From NCBI RefSeq assembly GCF_006345805.1, contig NW_021832432.1:62001-126000 (forward strand): 64,000 nucleotides of DNA, read 5' to 3'. A program made the translations under genes and the position numbers. Below the pieces are notes generated by a model. That model worked only from the letters and a program-made list of their open reading frames with translations. It was not told the origin of the DNA and searched no databases. Shown piece after piece: positions 26,040 through 38,998 of this stretch (its first letter is position 1; every line of letters begins with the position of its first letter). The DNA comes from Octopus sinensis. Its lineage: Eukaryota.

Positions 26040-26700
26040 TAAATCTGAGCAGATGGCAACCGATCAACAACGAATAGGGGGTCTATATTTAAAGATTATG
26101 CGCGCTGATTTCGCAACCAAAGTTTGATTAACGCATGAAAGACTTTTCACTACACTCGCGTCTCAAATTTCTATTCTCATCCGATCGATCTGACCAGAGT
26201 AATAAATGTATATTATGCATATTCTTATAATATACTTACAAACAACTTGTAAAGCCCGTCGATAATATTTCGGTAGAAATTTAGTTTGTTTCTTTCACAC
26301 TCCCTTTTATAACTCCCGCCTTCGGAACAATTATTGATAGCCGTAGTTTCGTATTCTGATCTTGCGTAAGATATTTACTTTGGTGATCTCTGCCTAAACA
26401 CTAACGTTCACCGTAATATTATATAATCGCTGCACATGGTAAATTCGATTATCTGAAGTTTTAAAAATACTAATCGATGAGCGAGTTTCAAAATTTTCTC
26501 TTTTCTACATAACACCGGTAACGTACGTTACATGTTCCTAATATAATTTCATTCATTCAGAATAGTCTTTGAGTGTTTCAACTTACTTCTCCTCTTATCC
26601 AGACTTTCGTCGTAAAATCGAAAGTACTGTCGAGCAAAATAATTATTATGTTAAAATTAGGAAACCTGTACATGTCCACGTTTTATGCTAAAAATAACAG
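26040..26700 (-). promoter_or_regulatory. Probable promoter and non-coding first exon(s) of the AUNIP-like gene
   Basis: CpG-retaining unique stretch. Strong minus-strand donors at GAA|gtaagt (26586) and TTT|gtaagt (26239). 14-bp palindrome GTAACGTACGTTAC at 26518-26531. Confidence 0.4.
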
Positions 26701-27316
26701 CCAAATCATCTCCTTAGCAAAATATTCTGTAAGGCACCGCCGAAAAAGTAAAAAGCATAAATTCACTGTTCGATTTAAGCAATTCTTCGTACCCGTTAAT
26801 TTTTACTATTGTTCTTCATTTAACACCTATGATCATTTATTAAGTCTGCACAAAATGGTAAAAGGTTATATTGAAACTATATACTGTTTTGAGAGAAGTT
26901 GCATTGTACCAAATGTGCAAATATTGTAATACATGTCTGCTCTACACTTTTATAAAGAATTGATTTCTGTTGTAGGAACTGGAAAATTTAGTCTTGTATT
27001 AGAGGAATCCGAAAATAACACTGCTAACAATCTCCTGAGAATGTCATAATATACTTCAATAACAATTACAAACAAGTTATGCACATATATTTTGATTTGG
27101 TGCTTAGAGAAGTGTAATGCTTATTGTTCTACAGATGTTCGGAATGATGCCAGAGACGTTACAAAAAAAAAAGACAAAAAGCTAGTGATAAAGAAATTAA
27201 GCGTGAAAAATTGTGGGCTGTAGATGTTGTTGATTCGTTTTCCAACTTATTCACATCTTTCGTTATCATTTAAGGCCACAACATATTGTTTTATTTGATT
27301 ATATTTGTTTTTTCTT

Positions 27317-28270
27317 GAAGGCGGTGAGCTGATAGCACACTGGGCGAATTGCTTGGCGTATTTCGTCTGTCTTTACGTTCTGAGTTCAAATTCCACCGAG
27401 GTCGACTTTGCCTTTCATCCTTTCGGGGTCGATAAATTAAGTACCAGTTACGCACTGGGGTCGATGTAGTCGACTTAATCCCTTTGTCTGTCCTTGTTTG
27501 TCCCCTCTGTGTTTAGCCCCTGGTGGGCACTAAAGAAATATATATTTGGTTTTTCTTGAAGGCGGTAAGCTGATAGGATCGTTAGCACACAGGGCGAAAT
27601 GCTTAGCGTATTTCGTCTGTCTTTACGTTCTGAGTTCAATTCCACCGAGGTCGACTTTGCCTTTCATCCTTTCGGGGTCGATAAATTAAGTACCAGTTAC
27701 GCACTGGGGTCGATGTAGTCGACTTAATCCCTTGTCTGTCCTTGTTTGTCCCCTCTGTGTTTAGCCCCTGGTGGGCACTAAAGAAATATATATTTGGTTT
27801 TTCTTGAAGGCGGTAAGCTGATAGGATCGTTAGCACACAGGGCGAAATGCTTAGCGTATTTCGTCTGTCTTTACGTTCTGAGTTCAAATTCCACCGAGGT
27901 CGACTTTGCCTTTCATCCTTTCGGGGTCGATAAATTAAGTACCAGTTACGCACTGGGGTCGATGTAGTCGACTTAATCCCTTTGTCTGTCCTTGTTTGTC
28001 CCCTCTGTGTTTAGCCCCTGGTGGGCACTAAAGAAATATATATTTGGTTTTTCTTGAAGGCGGTAAGCTGATAGGATCGTTAGTACACAGGGCGAAATGC
28101 TTAGCGTATTTCGTCGGTCTTTACGTTCTGAGTTCAAATTCCACCGAGGTCGACTTTGCCTTTCATCCTTTCAGGATCGATAAATTAAGTACCAGTTGCG
28201 TACCGGGATCGATCTAATTGACTGGCCCTCTCCCACAAAATTTCGGGCCTTATACCTAGAGTAGAAAAGT
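27317..28270 (+). mobile_element. Head-to-tail array of four SINE-A units
   Basis: Heads at 27317, 27558, 27806 and 28056, each preceded by atatttg(g)tttttctt. The fourth unit has a different tail. Confidence 0.92.
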
Positions 28271-28435
28271 ATATTTGGTTTTTCTTCGATTAAGTCTTTT
28301 CATGTTTATTTTTTATAACTTAAGAATATTTCCAGTTTTACTTTTATTTCTATTGTTATTTAGGGATTGGTTTATTTTTCTGGTAATCTTTTGTGTTAAT
28401 ATTGTCTATGACACAACCAATTCATAACTTCTTAA

Positions 28436-29600
28436 CCCTTTTAAAACAGTTGACATAAATTTACACACACTAAGTACATGCTTTAAGTCGGCCGACATAA
28501 TTATAAGCCGCCTGATTTAGTACCTGTTGCCTGAGTTAGTACTGGTCCACCAGTACTAATGACAGGCCGGTTAGAGGTTTCATCTAAATATTTACAACCC
28601 GATAGGCAGGTCCTGCCACTCTGGCTCTATCAACTTTAGTCATTGCATCCAGTTTCATCCAATTTATGGTCGTCATGTCCTACCACTCCAGCTCCATCAA
28701 CTTCATTGTTGCATCTTGTTTCATCGAATTTACGGTTGTCACACCAAGCTCCACCGCCTCGCTAGTTATTCTTCCAATTCTGAAGATGACTCAGAGAGTA
28801 AGTACTTTCCTAGTTCGGAATCAGATGATGATATTCTGGTGAATCAAAATACTGCTTGCCCTTCTGATACTGATGGGCATCATGAAGAAATCAACCTTGA
28901 CATCATATTGAAATCAAGATCCAGCCACATTGACACCTTTCTTTCTGGAAACGATGCCACTTGATGGACTTTTGGTGCTTCTTCGAAATCTACATTTCAA
29001 CTCAGGCAAGAACCAGGATGACAGGCTGCACAAAATATGCCCTATTGTAGTGGCTGAAAATTTCAGAACGATGTATGTCCCCACACAACACATTTGTACA
29101 AATGAGAGTTTGTGGAAATTCAAGGGAAGGATCCGATTCGAACCATACAACCTGACCAAGTGTGCCCAGTTTGGAATCGAGGTTTATAATGTATGCCAGA
29201 CAACTGGCAGAGCTTGTGGGTACATTTGGACTTACAAAATCTACACTGGTCAGGACAGATTGGTTCTTTCAGTGTCTATTCGAGCATCAACTGATGTCAT
29301 GTTGTTGCTGAATGAAAACTTGTTTGACAAAGGCTACAATTTTTATATGGACAACTGGTTTTCCAGTCCAGACCTCTTCCTGCAGATGAGGAGGACTAAT
29401 TCCTGTGGGACTGTGAAGATGCACAGGAAAAACATGCCACCAGATCTTCAGAAGATAAAACTTCTAAGTGGGAAGCAGTATACCAATGCACTGATATTGG
29501 CATTCTTGTTCTAGTGTAGCATTCTGCAAGCATGAAGGACACTAGGAAACAAGATGCAGACGGTGATGCTATAATGAAACCAGGTGTAGTTGTTCATACA
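28436..29600 (+). mobile_element. piggyBac transposase remnant
   Basis: TTAA|CCC terminus at 28432-38. LHFN...DRLHKICP, NESLWKFKGR, KIYTG and YMDNWFSSPDLF...CGTV are PGBD motifs. Confidence 0.92.
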
Positions 29601-30867
29601 ACGAAAGGATAGGCAGGGTCGATTGCTCAGATCAGCAGGTGATAACACACAAATCAGTGAGAAATCACAATATGCTGTGCTTGAGAAGGTAAAAATGGGC
29701 TTCTATCAAACCTTCTCCAAAAACTCATCTTCTAACACCAATTCTCCCATCAATCTTCTGCAGTATCCTATTTCTTTCCTTCACTTCCCCTCCACTGAAC
29801 TGCCGTTCTCTGTGTACAATTCATTCTCTGTCTCTCATCATTTGTCATGCTATACCAATACTAATAGTACCATTTTTAATAAATTACAAGAGTCGATGAA
29901 AGAATCTCCATGTTGTTGCTCCATCCCTTAGAAATAACAGCTAAATTACATTAAATCACATTGTATCATAGCCATTGTCTTTTAATGTCTGTTCTCCATG
30001 CTGGCAAGGGTTGGACGGTTTGACAAGCTGGTTAGCTAGAGAGCTGCCCAGACTCTGTTGGTCTGTTTCGGCTGGGTTTCTACATCTGAATGCCTTTCCT
30101 AATGCCAATCACTTTACAGAGTATGCTGCATACTTTTTATGTGGTACTGGTACAGATGCTTTTACGTTGCACCATCACAAGCACTTTTATGTAGCACCAG
30201 CATGGGCACTTTTACATGGCAGAGGCATGGCTGCTCTAATGTGGCACTGGCACGAGTGCTTTTACATGGCACCAGTAGCCACAAGCCCACAAGACAAGAA
30301 TCTCCTGGCTGAGAGAGGGATGTAGAGGACATGCTCGTATGCATGAACAGCCACAATTTTACTTAGCTTGGTGTGTCATCTCAAGCACAGCAAACTGACA
30401 GAAGTCTTGGTCACTTGTCATCTCCTCTGTGAGGTCCAATATCTGAAGATCTTTTCTCACCACTTCATTTTCAAAAAAGCAAAAACAAAAAACACAAAAT
30501 ACAATGTAGATATGACCAAAAACATCCCTATTGTTGACCATATTGTTTTTTTATATAAGTCTGTTCACTTAGGGCTGACCTGAAGTTAAAGAAGTCTGAT
30601 AGGTAATAACATCAAAATATAACAGAACATAAGACTGGAGCCTGGTGCAGCCTTCTGGCTTCCCAGATCCCCGGTCGAACCGTCCAACCCATGCTATCAT
30701 GGAGAACGGACGTTAAACGATGATGATGATGATAAAATACAAATTAAGGAGACAACAGAGAAAAAACACAACACAATGCATTTAAAAAAAAAATAAATAC
30801 ACAGTTTTTAATATATCACAGGTAATGGCAAATCAACATGATTAGTGTTCACTTTAGGTAATGTCCA

Positions 30868-31127
30868 TCATAAACGATCTTCTTCATTAACTCGTTCTAT
30901 GAGGCTCTTGTATTCCAGTTCAAAGCAATAAATACGAATATGAGGGTAGTCCTTCTGTAATTGAAATAGGAAAGTTGACTCCACTTTTTCACATGAAAAC
31001 AGACCAAGAAAGTAAAGTTGGGTACAGTTTTCAGACACAAAGTTTACTCCTTTATTGGTAATGTTGCTACAGAAACTGACATCAAGTTGTTCCAGTTTAC
31101 TGCTATGCTTGGCAATAGCTATGAGGG
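30868..31127 (-). CDS. FBXL17: FBXL17-like terminal exon 7 (ALIAIAKHSSKLEQLDVSFC...YPHIRI...EEDRL*)
   Basis: ttccag acceptor, phase 1 completes GCC (Ala). The C-terminus resembles FBXL17 (ALIAIG...QYPHI...). Spliced CDS is 1650 nt = 549 aa plus stop. Confidence 0.9.
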
Positions 31128-32449
31128 CTGGAAGAAAAGAAAAGAGAAAGGTCAAACCAAACAGACTATCAGTAATATTAGTTTGAAGTTTTGGCACAAG
31201 GACAGCAATTTTAGGGGAGCGGTTAAGTCAATTACATCGACCCCAATCGATGTAATTGACTGTCAACTCTGAAAAGGTGAAAGGTAGAGGGGACATTGGT
31301 AGAATTTGAACTCAGAATGTACAGATGGATGAAATGCTGCTAAAGATTTTGCCTGGCATGCTAACAAACCTCCCAGCTCAATGCCTTACAAGAATATCAA
31401 TATTGGATGTTGTAAATATGAGATTAAAAGAGAGTGGGGTAAAAAAAAACACAGACAGGACTTCAACCATATCTATCATTTGCAGAGTGTCTTATAATCA
31501 CTAATAGAGTTGCCTGGCAGAAGACAAGAGACATTGATTGATACATATCAGTCAGTCTTTCACTTTAATACTTATCAGTGATATGAAATTTTAGCTGTTA
31601 ATACAACGGAATACCATTTTTACTTCTTTTCCTGAAGTGACCACCTGGGTGCTATTTCTCCATATCTTGTACTATCAACAGACTTTACTGAAGCAATGAC
31701 ATTTTATTCTTAGTTGCCTGCCTGTCCAATGACCATAGAAAAATAATGGTTCGTTTTCAGAGAGTTCTTTGGGATCCATTGTAGACCTGTTAGTAAAATA
31801 CTGTTCAAGTGGATAGCTCTGTGACATGGGCCACTGCTAGTCTTCGATAAACAACCTTGCCCGGACTTGTGCCTCAGAAGGTAACTTTCTAGGTGAAATC
31901 CCATCATCATTCATGACTGAAGAGAGTCTTCCTATACAGTTGCAAACAGATGTGGACACCTGCTTGACTCTCAACCCTTTAACTCAACAGCACATCAAGG
32001 ATATGACAGATAGGAAGGAGAAAAGGTTGCACCAGCACTCAGCAGACTGGAGTAATGTGAAATGAAGTGCCTTGCTCAGGACACATTGTACTGTTCAGTC
32101 AAGGAATTATGACCATAAGCTAAAGACCCAAAACAACTAGGTTACATGCCTTCAAACACATCCTACATTAATTCTGGTATCTGTGTGTGTGTGTGTGTGC
32201 ATGATTGTTTAAACATTTCTGAAAAGTGCTGAGCTACAGGTGTCAAATGATATTATTTTCCATGTCAACAAATTGCTTGAAGATTTTTGTGCATTCAGAG
32301 GCATGTGAAATAAAAGATCCCTTACTTGTAAAAAAAAACAAACAAACAAAAGGTTAGCTTTACTGCAGGCTATTAACTTCAGAAATTACTAGAGTAAATG
32401 ATAAAAACTTCAACTGACTCAATCAAAAATTATGGAAGCAAACACTTAC

Positions 32450-32654
32450 CTTTGTCAGTAATGTTGCAACGTATACACTTTAGAATCCTGAGATTGCGAG
32501 CATTCTGCACCACAGCTGTTATGCAGTCGTCATCAACACAATCATTAAAACAAAGGGACAGTGTTTGTAGTTTCAAACAATGTTTGGCAACTTCTTTGGC
32601 TGTGGTTGATGACATGTTGACAGAATTTAAATAAACATGCTTCAAATTGGGTAA
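32450..32654 (-). CDS. FBXL17: FBXL17-like exon 6 (LPNLKHVYLNSV...RCNITDK)
   Basis: ttgcag acceptor, G|gtaagt donor, 205 nt, phase 0->1, two to three LRRs (ORF 32430..32660). Confidence 0.9.
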
Positions 32655-33795
32655 CTGCAAAAGACATAATAAGCATCGTCATTATTATCATCTTTTACCT
32701 TTCACTTGTTTCAGTCATTTGACTGCAGCCATGCTGGAGCATTACCTTGAAGGATTTTAGATGAATATATGAACCCAAGGACTGATTGTTTTAAGCCCAG
32801 TAATTATTCCATTGGTTCCTTTTACCAAACAGCTAAATTATGGGGACATAAACACCGGTTGTCAAGTGATGGTGGGGGACAAACACAGATACAAAGACAT
32901 GCACAGATATATATATATGTATATATGACGGGCTTCTTTCAGTTTCTGTCTACCAAATCCATTCACAAGGCTCTGGTCGAGCCAAGGTTATAGTAGATGA
33001 CACTTGCACAAGGTGCCATGCACTGAGACCAAACCCGGAAGCATGTGGTTGGGTAGCAAGAGCTTCTTACCACACCAGCACCTACATTTGTTTTTACATT
33101 TTGGCACACAATGAATCAATGCGACTCAAAGTGTGTATTACCACTTTCAGCTGCAAAGCCTAATATCCTGAGATCTAACCTCCACCACTTCTGGATTTTT
33201 ATCTATCATAGATACCCTCTACTATCAATACAATAGCACTCGATATCCATTCTAAAAAAAACATTAATACCAGCACCACAACCACATCCTTGCATACATC
33301 AACGGATGTTTTTAATGCCCAGTAAGTCACCTGGCTTACTTGTGCTCTGAAACAAGTGAATAACAATATCAGATTCAGTGTGAAAAATTACATCAAGATA
33401 CCAAATTTTAAAAATTTTCACTTAATTAAAACATTAGAGAAAAGATTCCTGGTTTTCTCACCAAAAGACACAAACACACACACATATACCATTGTTTTAC
33501 CATCCAGCTTTCCATGCTCGCATGGGTTGAACAGAATTTGTTGAGGTAAACTTATGGTCAACCCTCACCTATTTCCAAATACGGTAATATTTCTCAACAT
33601 GCTGCATGACAGGAAAATCAATTCATGACCATTAAGCAATATCAAAACAAGAAGGCATCAACTTGCAAACAACACACAAATATACACACTCACACACACA
33701 GATATGTGTATGTATATATGTGTATATTGTATACATATATGTATGTATGTATGTGTACATATATGTATTTGCATGCACATATATATATATATATA

Positions 33796-34004
33796 GTATA
33801 AAAGATCGTGGGTAAGGCCAAAACAATGCAAAGTAAATGCAAGGTAAAGCACAAGAAAACAAATATGTGAAATTCGTCTATTTTTTTGAAAATGGGGTCA
33901 TAACCCCGAAATATTGAATACAAGGTAAGTCTACATTAATTAACACCTTTGTTTTCTTGTGATTTACTCTGCATTGTTTTGGCCTTGCCCCCAATCCTTT
34001 ATAC
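33796..34004. mobile_element. Small MITE-like element with about 60-bp imperfect TIRs
   Basis: gggtaaggccaaaacaatgca...cacaagaaaacaaa pairs with tttgttttcttgtg...tgcattgttttggccttgccc. Confidence 0.7.
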
Positions 34005-34238
34005 AATATATTCTACACAATGCTTCATAGTAATTATTCCTATATATATGTGTGTGTGTACACAGGTGAGCACATAAGTGAAAAACAAGGTGAAAAAATA
34101 GTACTCGAATACCAAGGTAAAGTAATATACTTTTAACTGAAGCTGCAAAATTATCACAAGACTGTTACTCAGAGTTTCACATTCCCATTCACTGAATAAT
34201 TGTGAGGTATGTGTATACATACATGTGTGTGTATGTAT

Positions 34239-34297
<59 letters not shown>

Positions 34298-35315
34298 TAT
34301 GATGAACTTACAGTTTCCATCAACTAAATCTACTCACAAGCTTTGATTGGCCTGAGGCTATAGTAGACATTTGCCCATGGTGCCATGAAATGGACTGAAC
34401 CTGGAACCCATTGATTGAAAAACAAGCTTTTTAACCATACAGTCATATGTGATAGGCTTCCACAGAATTTGCGTTAATCAAATTCCATTTATAAGACATT
34501 GGCCAACCTGAAGGTTTGGTAGAAGACATATGGCTAATGTGTCACATTAGGATCAAATCTAGCCACACCTACACATTGCTGTTAACTTATTCCTGTACTC
34601 GTGGTTATTTATCTAAATTGTGATTCTCCGTCAACCTACCTGATTGTCTATTCTTATTTATGTGTCCTTTTCAAGCCTAGCCAGGCTCATGAGCCCGGTT
34701 TCCATGAGGTATGTGTTCCCCCCAGCTGGATGGGACGCCAGTCCATCACAGCATTACTCAAGAAACAGGAAGAAAGAGTGAGAAAAAGTTGGGGTGAAAG
34801 AGTACAACAGGGGTCGCCACCACCCCCTGCTGGAGCCTCGTGGAGCTTTAGGTGTTTTCGCTCAATAAACACACACAACGCCCAGTCTGGGAATTGAAAC
34901 CGCTATCCTCTGACCACAAGTCCGCTGCCCTAACCACTGGGCCATTGCACCTCCATACCAGATTGTCTATGGAAGCTCTTATATACCAAATTGCTAATAT
35001 TGAGATTCTACTTTCTCCTTCTCTATTATATCAAGCAAAAACACTTCCCAGATGGTACCATGATATTGTAAAATTTATTACTTCAATTTTTGCTACCTGA
35101 GCCTTCCTTCACCTATAGCTCTTCACAGAATACTATGAGATGGCTGTTATTAGGATATTAAATTAACAAGGAAATTCAGTCCTTATGAACAGTAGTAGGC
35201 TGGAGATAGAGCACTGGTGAATGCCTACCTGTACACTAAATTCATTAGTGGTCGTTGTCATTCCTAACCTTGTTTTACTTTCACACAAACAAAAGAAAAA
35301 AGAACTGGAACTTAC

Positions 35316-35417
35316 ATGACACAAGTTGACTAGATGGCTGTCTGTGAGAGGGCAGTCAGAAAGATTGACATTTTCAAGTTGTTTACAATTCTGTAACATC
35401 CTAGCAAGGGAGTCAAC
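35316..35417 (-). CDS. FBXL17: FBXL17-like exon 5 (VDSLARMLQNCKQLENVNLSDCPLTDSHLVNLCH)
   Basis: ttttag acceptor, gtaagt donor, 102 nt, phase 0->0, LRR. Confidence 0.88.
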
Positions 35418-36206
35418 CTAAAACAAAGAATGGATATATCACAATACGTAGAATATACATGGAGATTTAAATAACCTTGCCATCTGCTATGTCATCATCA
35501 TTGCTTTAATGTCCAATTTTTTCACACTTGCGTAAGTCAGATGGAAGTTATCAGGCAGATTTTCTACAGCCAGATGCTCTTTCTGTTGCCAACTTTTACC
35601 AATTTCCAAGCAATGGAATCTCCCCATTCATGCTTAGACCATGCTTTTATAGAATATTGGAAATGAATGATGTTCATTAACAACAATCACGTTTCATAGA
35701 AACAAGGAGGTTCAAATATACACACACTCGTACATACATACTGTGAAGACACATGGCTCAATGGTTAGAGCGTTGAACTTAGAACTGTGAGGTTGTGAAT
35801 TCAAATCCTGGACTGGGCTGCGTGTTGTGTTCTTGAGCAAGACACTTTATTTCACGTTGCTACAGTCCACTCAGCTGTAGAAATGAGTTGCAACGTCACG
35901 AGTGCCAAGCTGTATCAGCCCCTTTGCCTTTCCCTTGGATAACATCAGTGGTGTAGAGAGGGGAAGCTGGTATGCATGGGTGACTGCTGGCCTTCCATAA
36001 ACAACTTTGCCCGGACTTGTGCCTCACAGAGTAACTTTCTAGGTGCAATCCCATGGTCATTCATTACAAGTTTTTACCTTTTGCCTAAGTTTAAAATACT
36101 AAATTGTACTTGCAAGTAAACTACAGAGCATCATAAACTACAAGTGAAAAAAATTTTTTAATAGAAATCCCATCATACAGATAAATGAGGAACAATATAG
36201 ACTTAC

Positions 36207-36332
36207 AGCATCACAATGAGATAAGTTAATTAATTTCAGACGTGTACAGTAGTTGGCCATAGTGTCGACAGTTTCAGCATTTAAATGCCAACCAAAGCTG
36301 AGATGTGTGATACGCGGACAGTTATGAAATAT
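36207..36332 (-). CDS. FBXL17: FBXL17-like exon 4 (IFHNCPRITHLSFGWHLNAETVDTMANYCTRLKLINLSHCDA)
   Basis: ttttag acceptor, gtaagt donor, 126 nt, phase 0->0, cysteine-containing LRRs. Confidence 0.88.
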
Positions 36333-37669
36333 CTAAAAATAAAAAGAATTTTTTTTTGTAAGTTTATTTTGCAGAACCAAGATAAAAATGAGGAAACCAT
36401 AAAGAGCTTAAGCATCAGTTAAACTTTGTAAACGGCTAAAAGGTTTAACAAACAAGGACCAAAATTTTTGGTGAGGGAACCAGGCAATTAGATCAACCCC
36501 AGTATGTAACTGGTACTTAATTTATCAACCCCGAAAAGATGAAAGACAAAGTCAACTTCGGCGGAATTTGAACTCAGAATATAAAGTTATGAAACAAATA
36601 AAAAAAAAAAATTTTTTTTTAATAAATGCACTTATGATGGGAGGATTTTTTTTTGTTCTGGTTAGATGACCAAAGATAAAAATTCTTGTTCTATTCCTCA
36701 TAAGGATATTTAGTAGCTCTAACACAATACCACAAAACTATTAAAGATACAAAATTATATGTCACCATTTACATTTCTTTAGTTTTATATTATTTAATAA
36801 AATATTACATTATTAATATAAAATATAAATATACAATTGAATTATATTAATATATTTCACTTATTTAAATGGATTCAATGGTTGCTTCATTGACTGTTCA
36901 TTTTAGATTCAATAAATACATAATGCTTAGGTTAGCAGAGAACCTGTAAAGGGGTCATATGACCTGCTAGAAAGAGCAGCCAAGTCACCATCAAGATACA
37001 CTCTACTACCTTGAAAATACAGGGTCACAAAGGATAATGTAGTCCAAGATATGCAATGAAAGAAAGGAGAGATTGGGCATAAATGGGACACCTTTGATCA
37101 AAGGTCTACTTGGTCAGGACAGACAAGGTTCACATTACAAGAAAAACATACTTCCTTGATTTATGTAATGAAAATAATAGAGTTTAAATAAAATGTTTCA
37201 GGTCTAAAAGCTACAACTGGATTGATAGGGACAGTCAAAATATTCTACCAGTTTTATGTTCAAACCAGCTGGATCTGGCCTCTCATACCTACCCTAGATT
37301 GTCATTCTAAAAATCAACAATCACAACGCCATAAAATAATGCACGATTAATTAAAAACAATATGAATAAATAAGTACAACATTTGACAAGAGTAATCTGA
37401 ATGTGAAAGGGTTAAACAGTAGTAAATAGCTACTAGGAAAAAATACAGCATTAGCACAAAGCCAGAATTTAAGGGAAATATACATACTTGACAAGTACTT
37501 AATCTATTGACCGTGTAAGAATGAAAGGCTAAATATAACTCTGCGATTTCCAGTTTTACACACACACACAACATTTTAAGCAAGCAGAGGCATATTTTAT
37601 GCAGTGTTTTATTAATTCCACATTTTCTTATGTCATCCTGCTCAACATGTACCTCTTTTGAAATATTTA

Positions 37670-38052
37670 ACCCTTTAGCATTTAAACTGGCCATATCCAG
37701 CCCCAATACCCTATCTGCTTTTTGTTTAAACTGGTCAGGTCCAGCTTATCACACCTACCCTACATTGTCATTCTAATACTAAGAAATCATATTGGAATCT
37801 CAAAACTGAGATAATTCATGATTAATTCAAAGTAATGTGAACAAATAAGCATTACTTTTGATAGAGTAATCATCATCATTTAACGTCCGCTTTCCATGCT
37901 AGCATGGGTTGGACGATTTGACTGAGGTCTGGTGAACCAGACTCCAATGTGATCTGGCAGAGTTTCTACAGCTGGATGCCCTTCCTAACGCCAACCACTC
38001 CGAGAGTGTAGTGGGTGCTTTTACGTGCCAGTAATCTGAAGTTAAAGAGTTA
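37670..38052. mobile_element. TTAA-CCC-type (piggyBac-like) MITE with nested RTE tail; family also at about 3770-4335 (split by a SINE) and 40925-41100
   Basis: Termini taaccctttagcattt...aaagagttaa, shared internal sequence, RTE 3' fragment inserted at about 37870-38030. Confidence 0.7.
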
Positions 38053-38998
38053 AATGTAAAACTTTTATTGAATTACTGAAGGCATGAACTTACATTGTTA
38101 GTCCTGTTTCTGCTGAATGACAACACGATGCCCCACTCATATTTTAATCCTGATAAAAATTAATTAATGTGTTTAAAATATGTATTATACTTGATCTAAA
38201 TAGTTATTTCTACAGAAATCCACATGTCCAAACACTCAGCACTTCTTAGCGCCTCCTCGATACTTACTTCTCCTTTTGTGAGCTTACAACTACAAAGGGG
38301 CACCATTATCCAGACTAAGAACTATTTGACTAACCCAACAGGATTTGCAACTGGACGTTTGACCAATTACTGATATTTCTATTAGATATAACCTGTGGTA
38401 AGCTAATGTGCCATCTAGCAGAGAAAAAATACCTTTAAACCATTCAGCACTTTGAAAACAACAATAACAGTGGACAAACTTCATTACATGGACATAAAAA
38501 TTATTGTTACTTGATTTTTTTTTTTTACATTAATAACTTCACTACTGCTATTGGAATTTGTATATTTGTTTGCTCAATGTCTGTTTTTTCATGTTAGCAT
38601 GGGCTGGACAAGGACATCTTAGAGCAAGGTTTTACACCCAGATGTTGTTTTTAAGTAAAGAATTTCTTATTCCAATGCCTTTGAAAGTGCAGAGCGACTG
38701 GTCATAATGTTAGCAAGGAATGTAAGCATATCACTGTTTTGTTCAAGCAAAGGCATGGGATACTAACATACATACATACATACACACACACTTGTAGAAT
38801 GAGCTACCAACAGTTTCTGTCTACCACATTCACTTACAAGGGATTGGTTAGCCAAGGGCTGCAGTAGAAACCACTTGCCCAAGTACCTCAGTAGGGTTGA
38901 ACTGGAAAGCACATGGTTGCAAAGCAAACCTCTAAACCACAGAGCAAAGTGTGCACCTTTGTTGCTACACAAATCTATACACATTTAAACAAGCCATC

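Noticed and set aside
26930-27300. Plus-strand exons (GTGKFSLV..., MFGMMPETLQ...) of a divergent gene
   Set aside because: Acceptor-like sites are present, but the frames end quickly, there are no convincing donors and no homology was recognised.
37347-37706. VHVEQDD... segment as an FBXL17 exon
   Set aside because: The acceptor is weak and abuts a MITE terminus, there is no good donor, and the gene is complete without it.
38290-38484. ORF as the missing FBXL17 exon 3
   Set aside because: It has no LRR pattern and ends in a stop. 40503-40614 fits phase and sequence far better.
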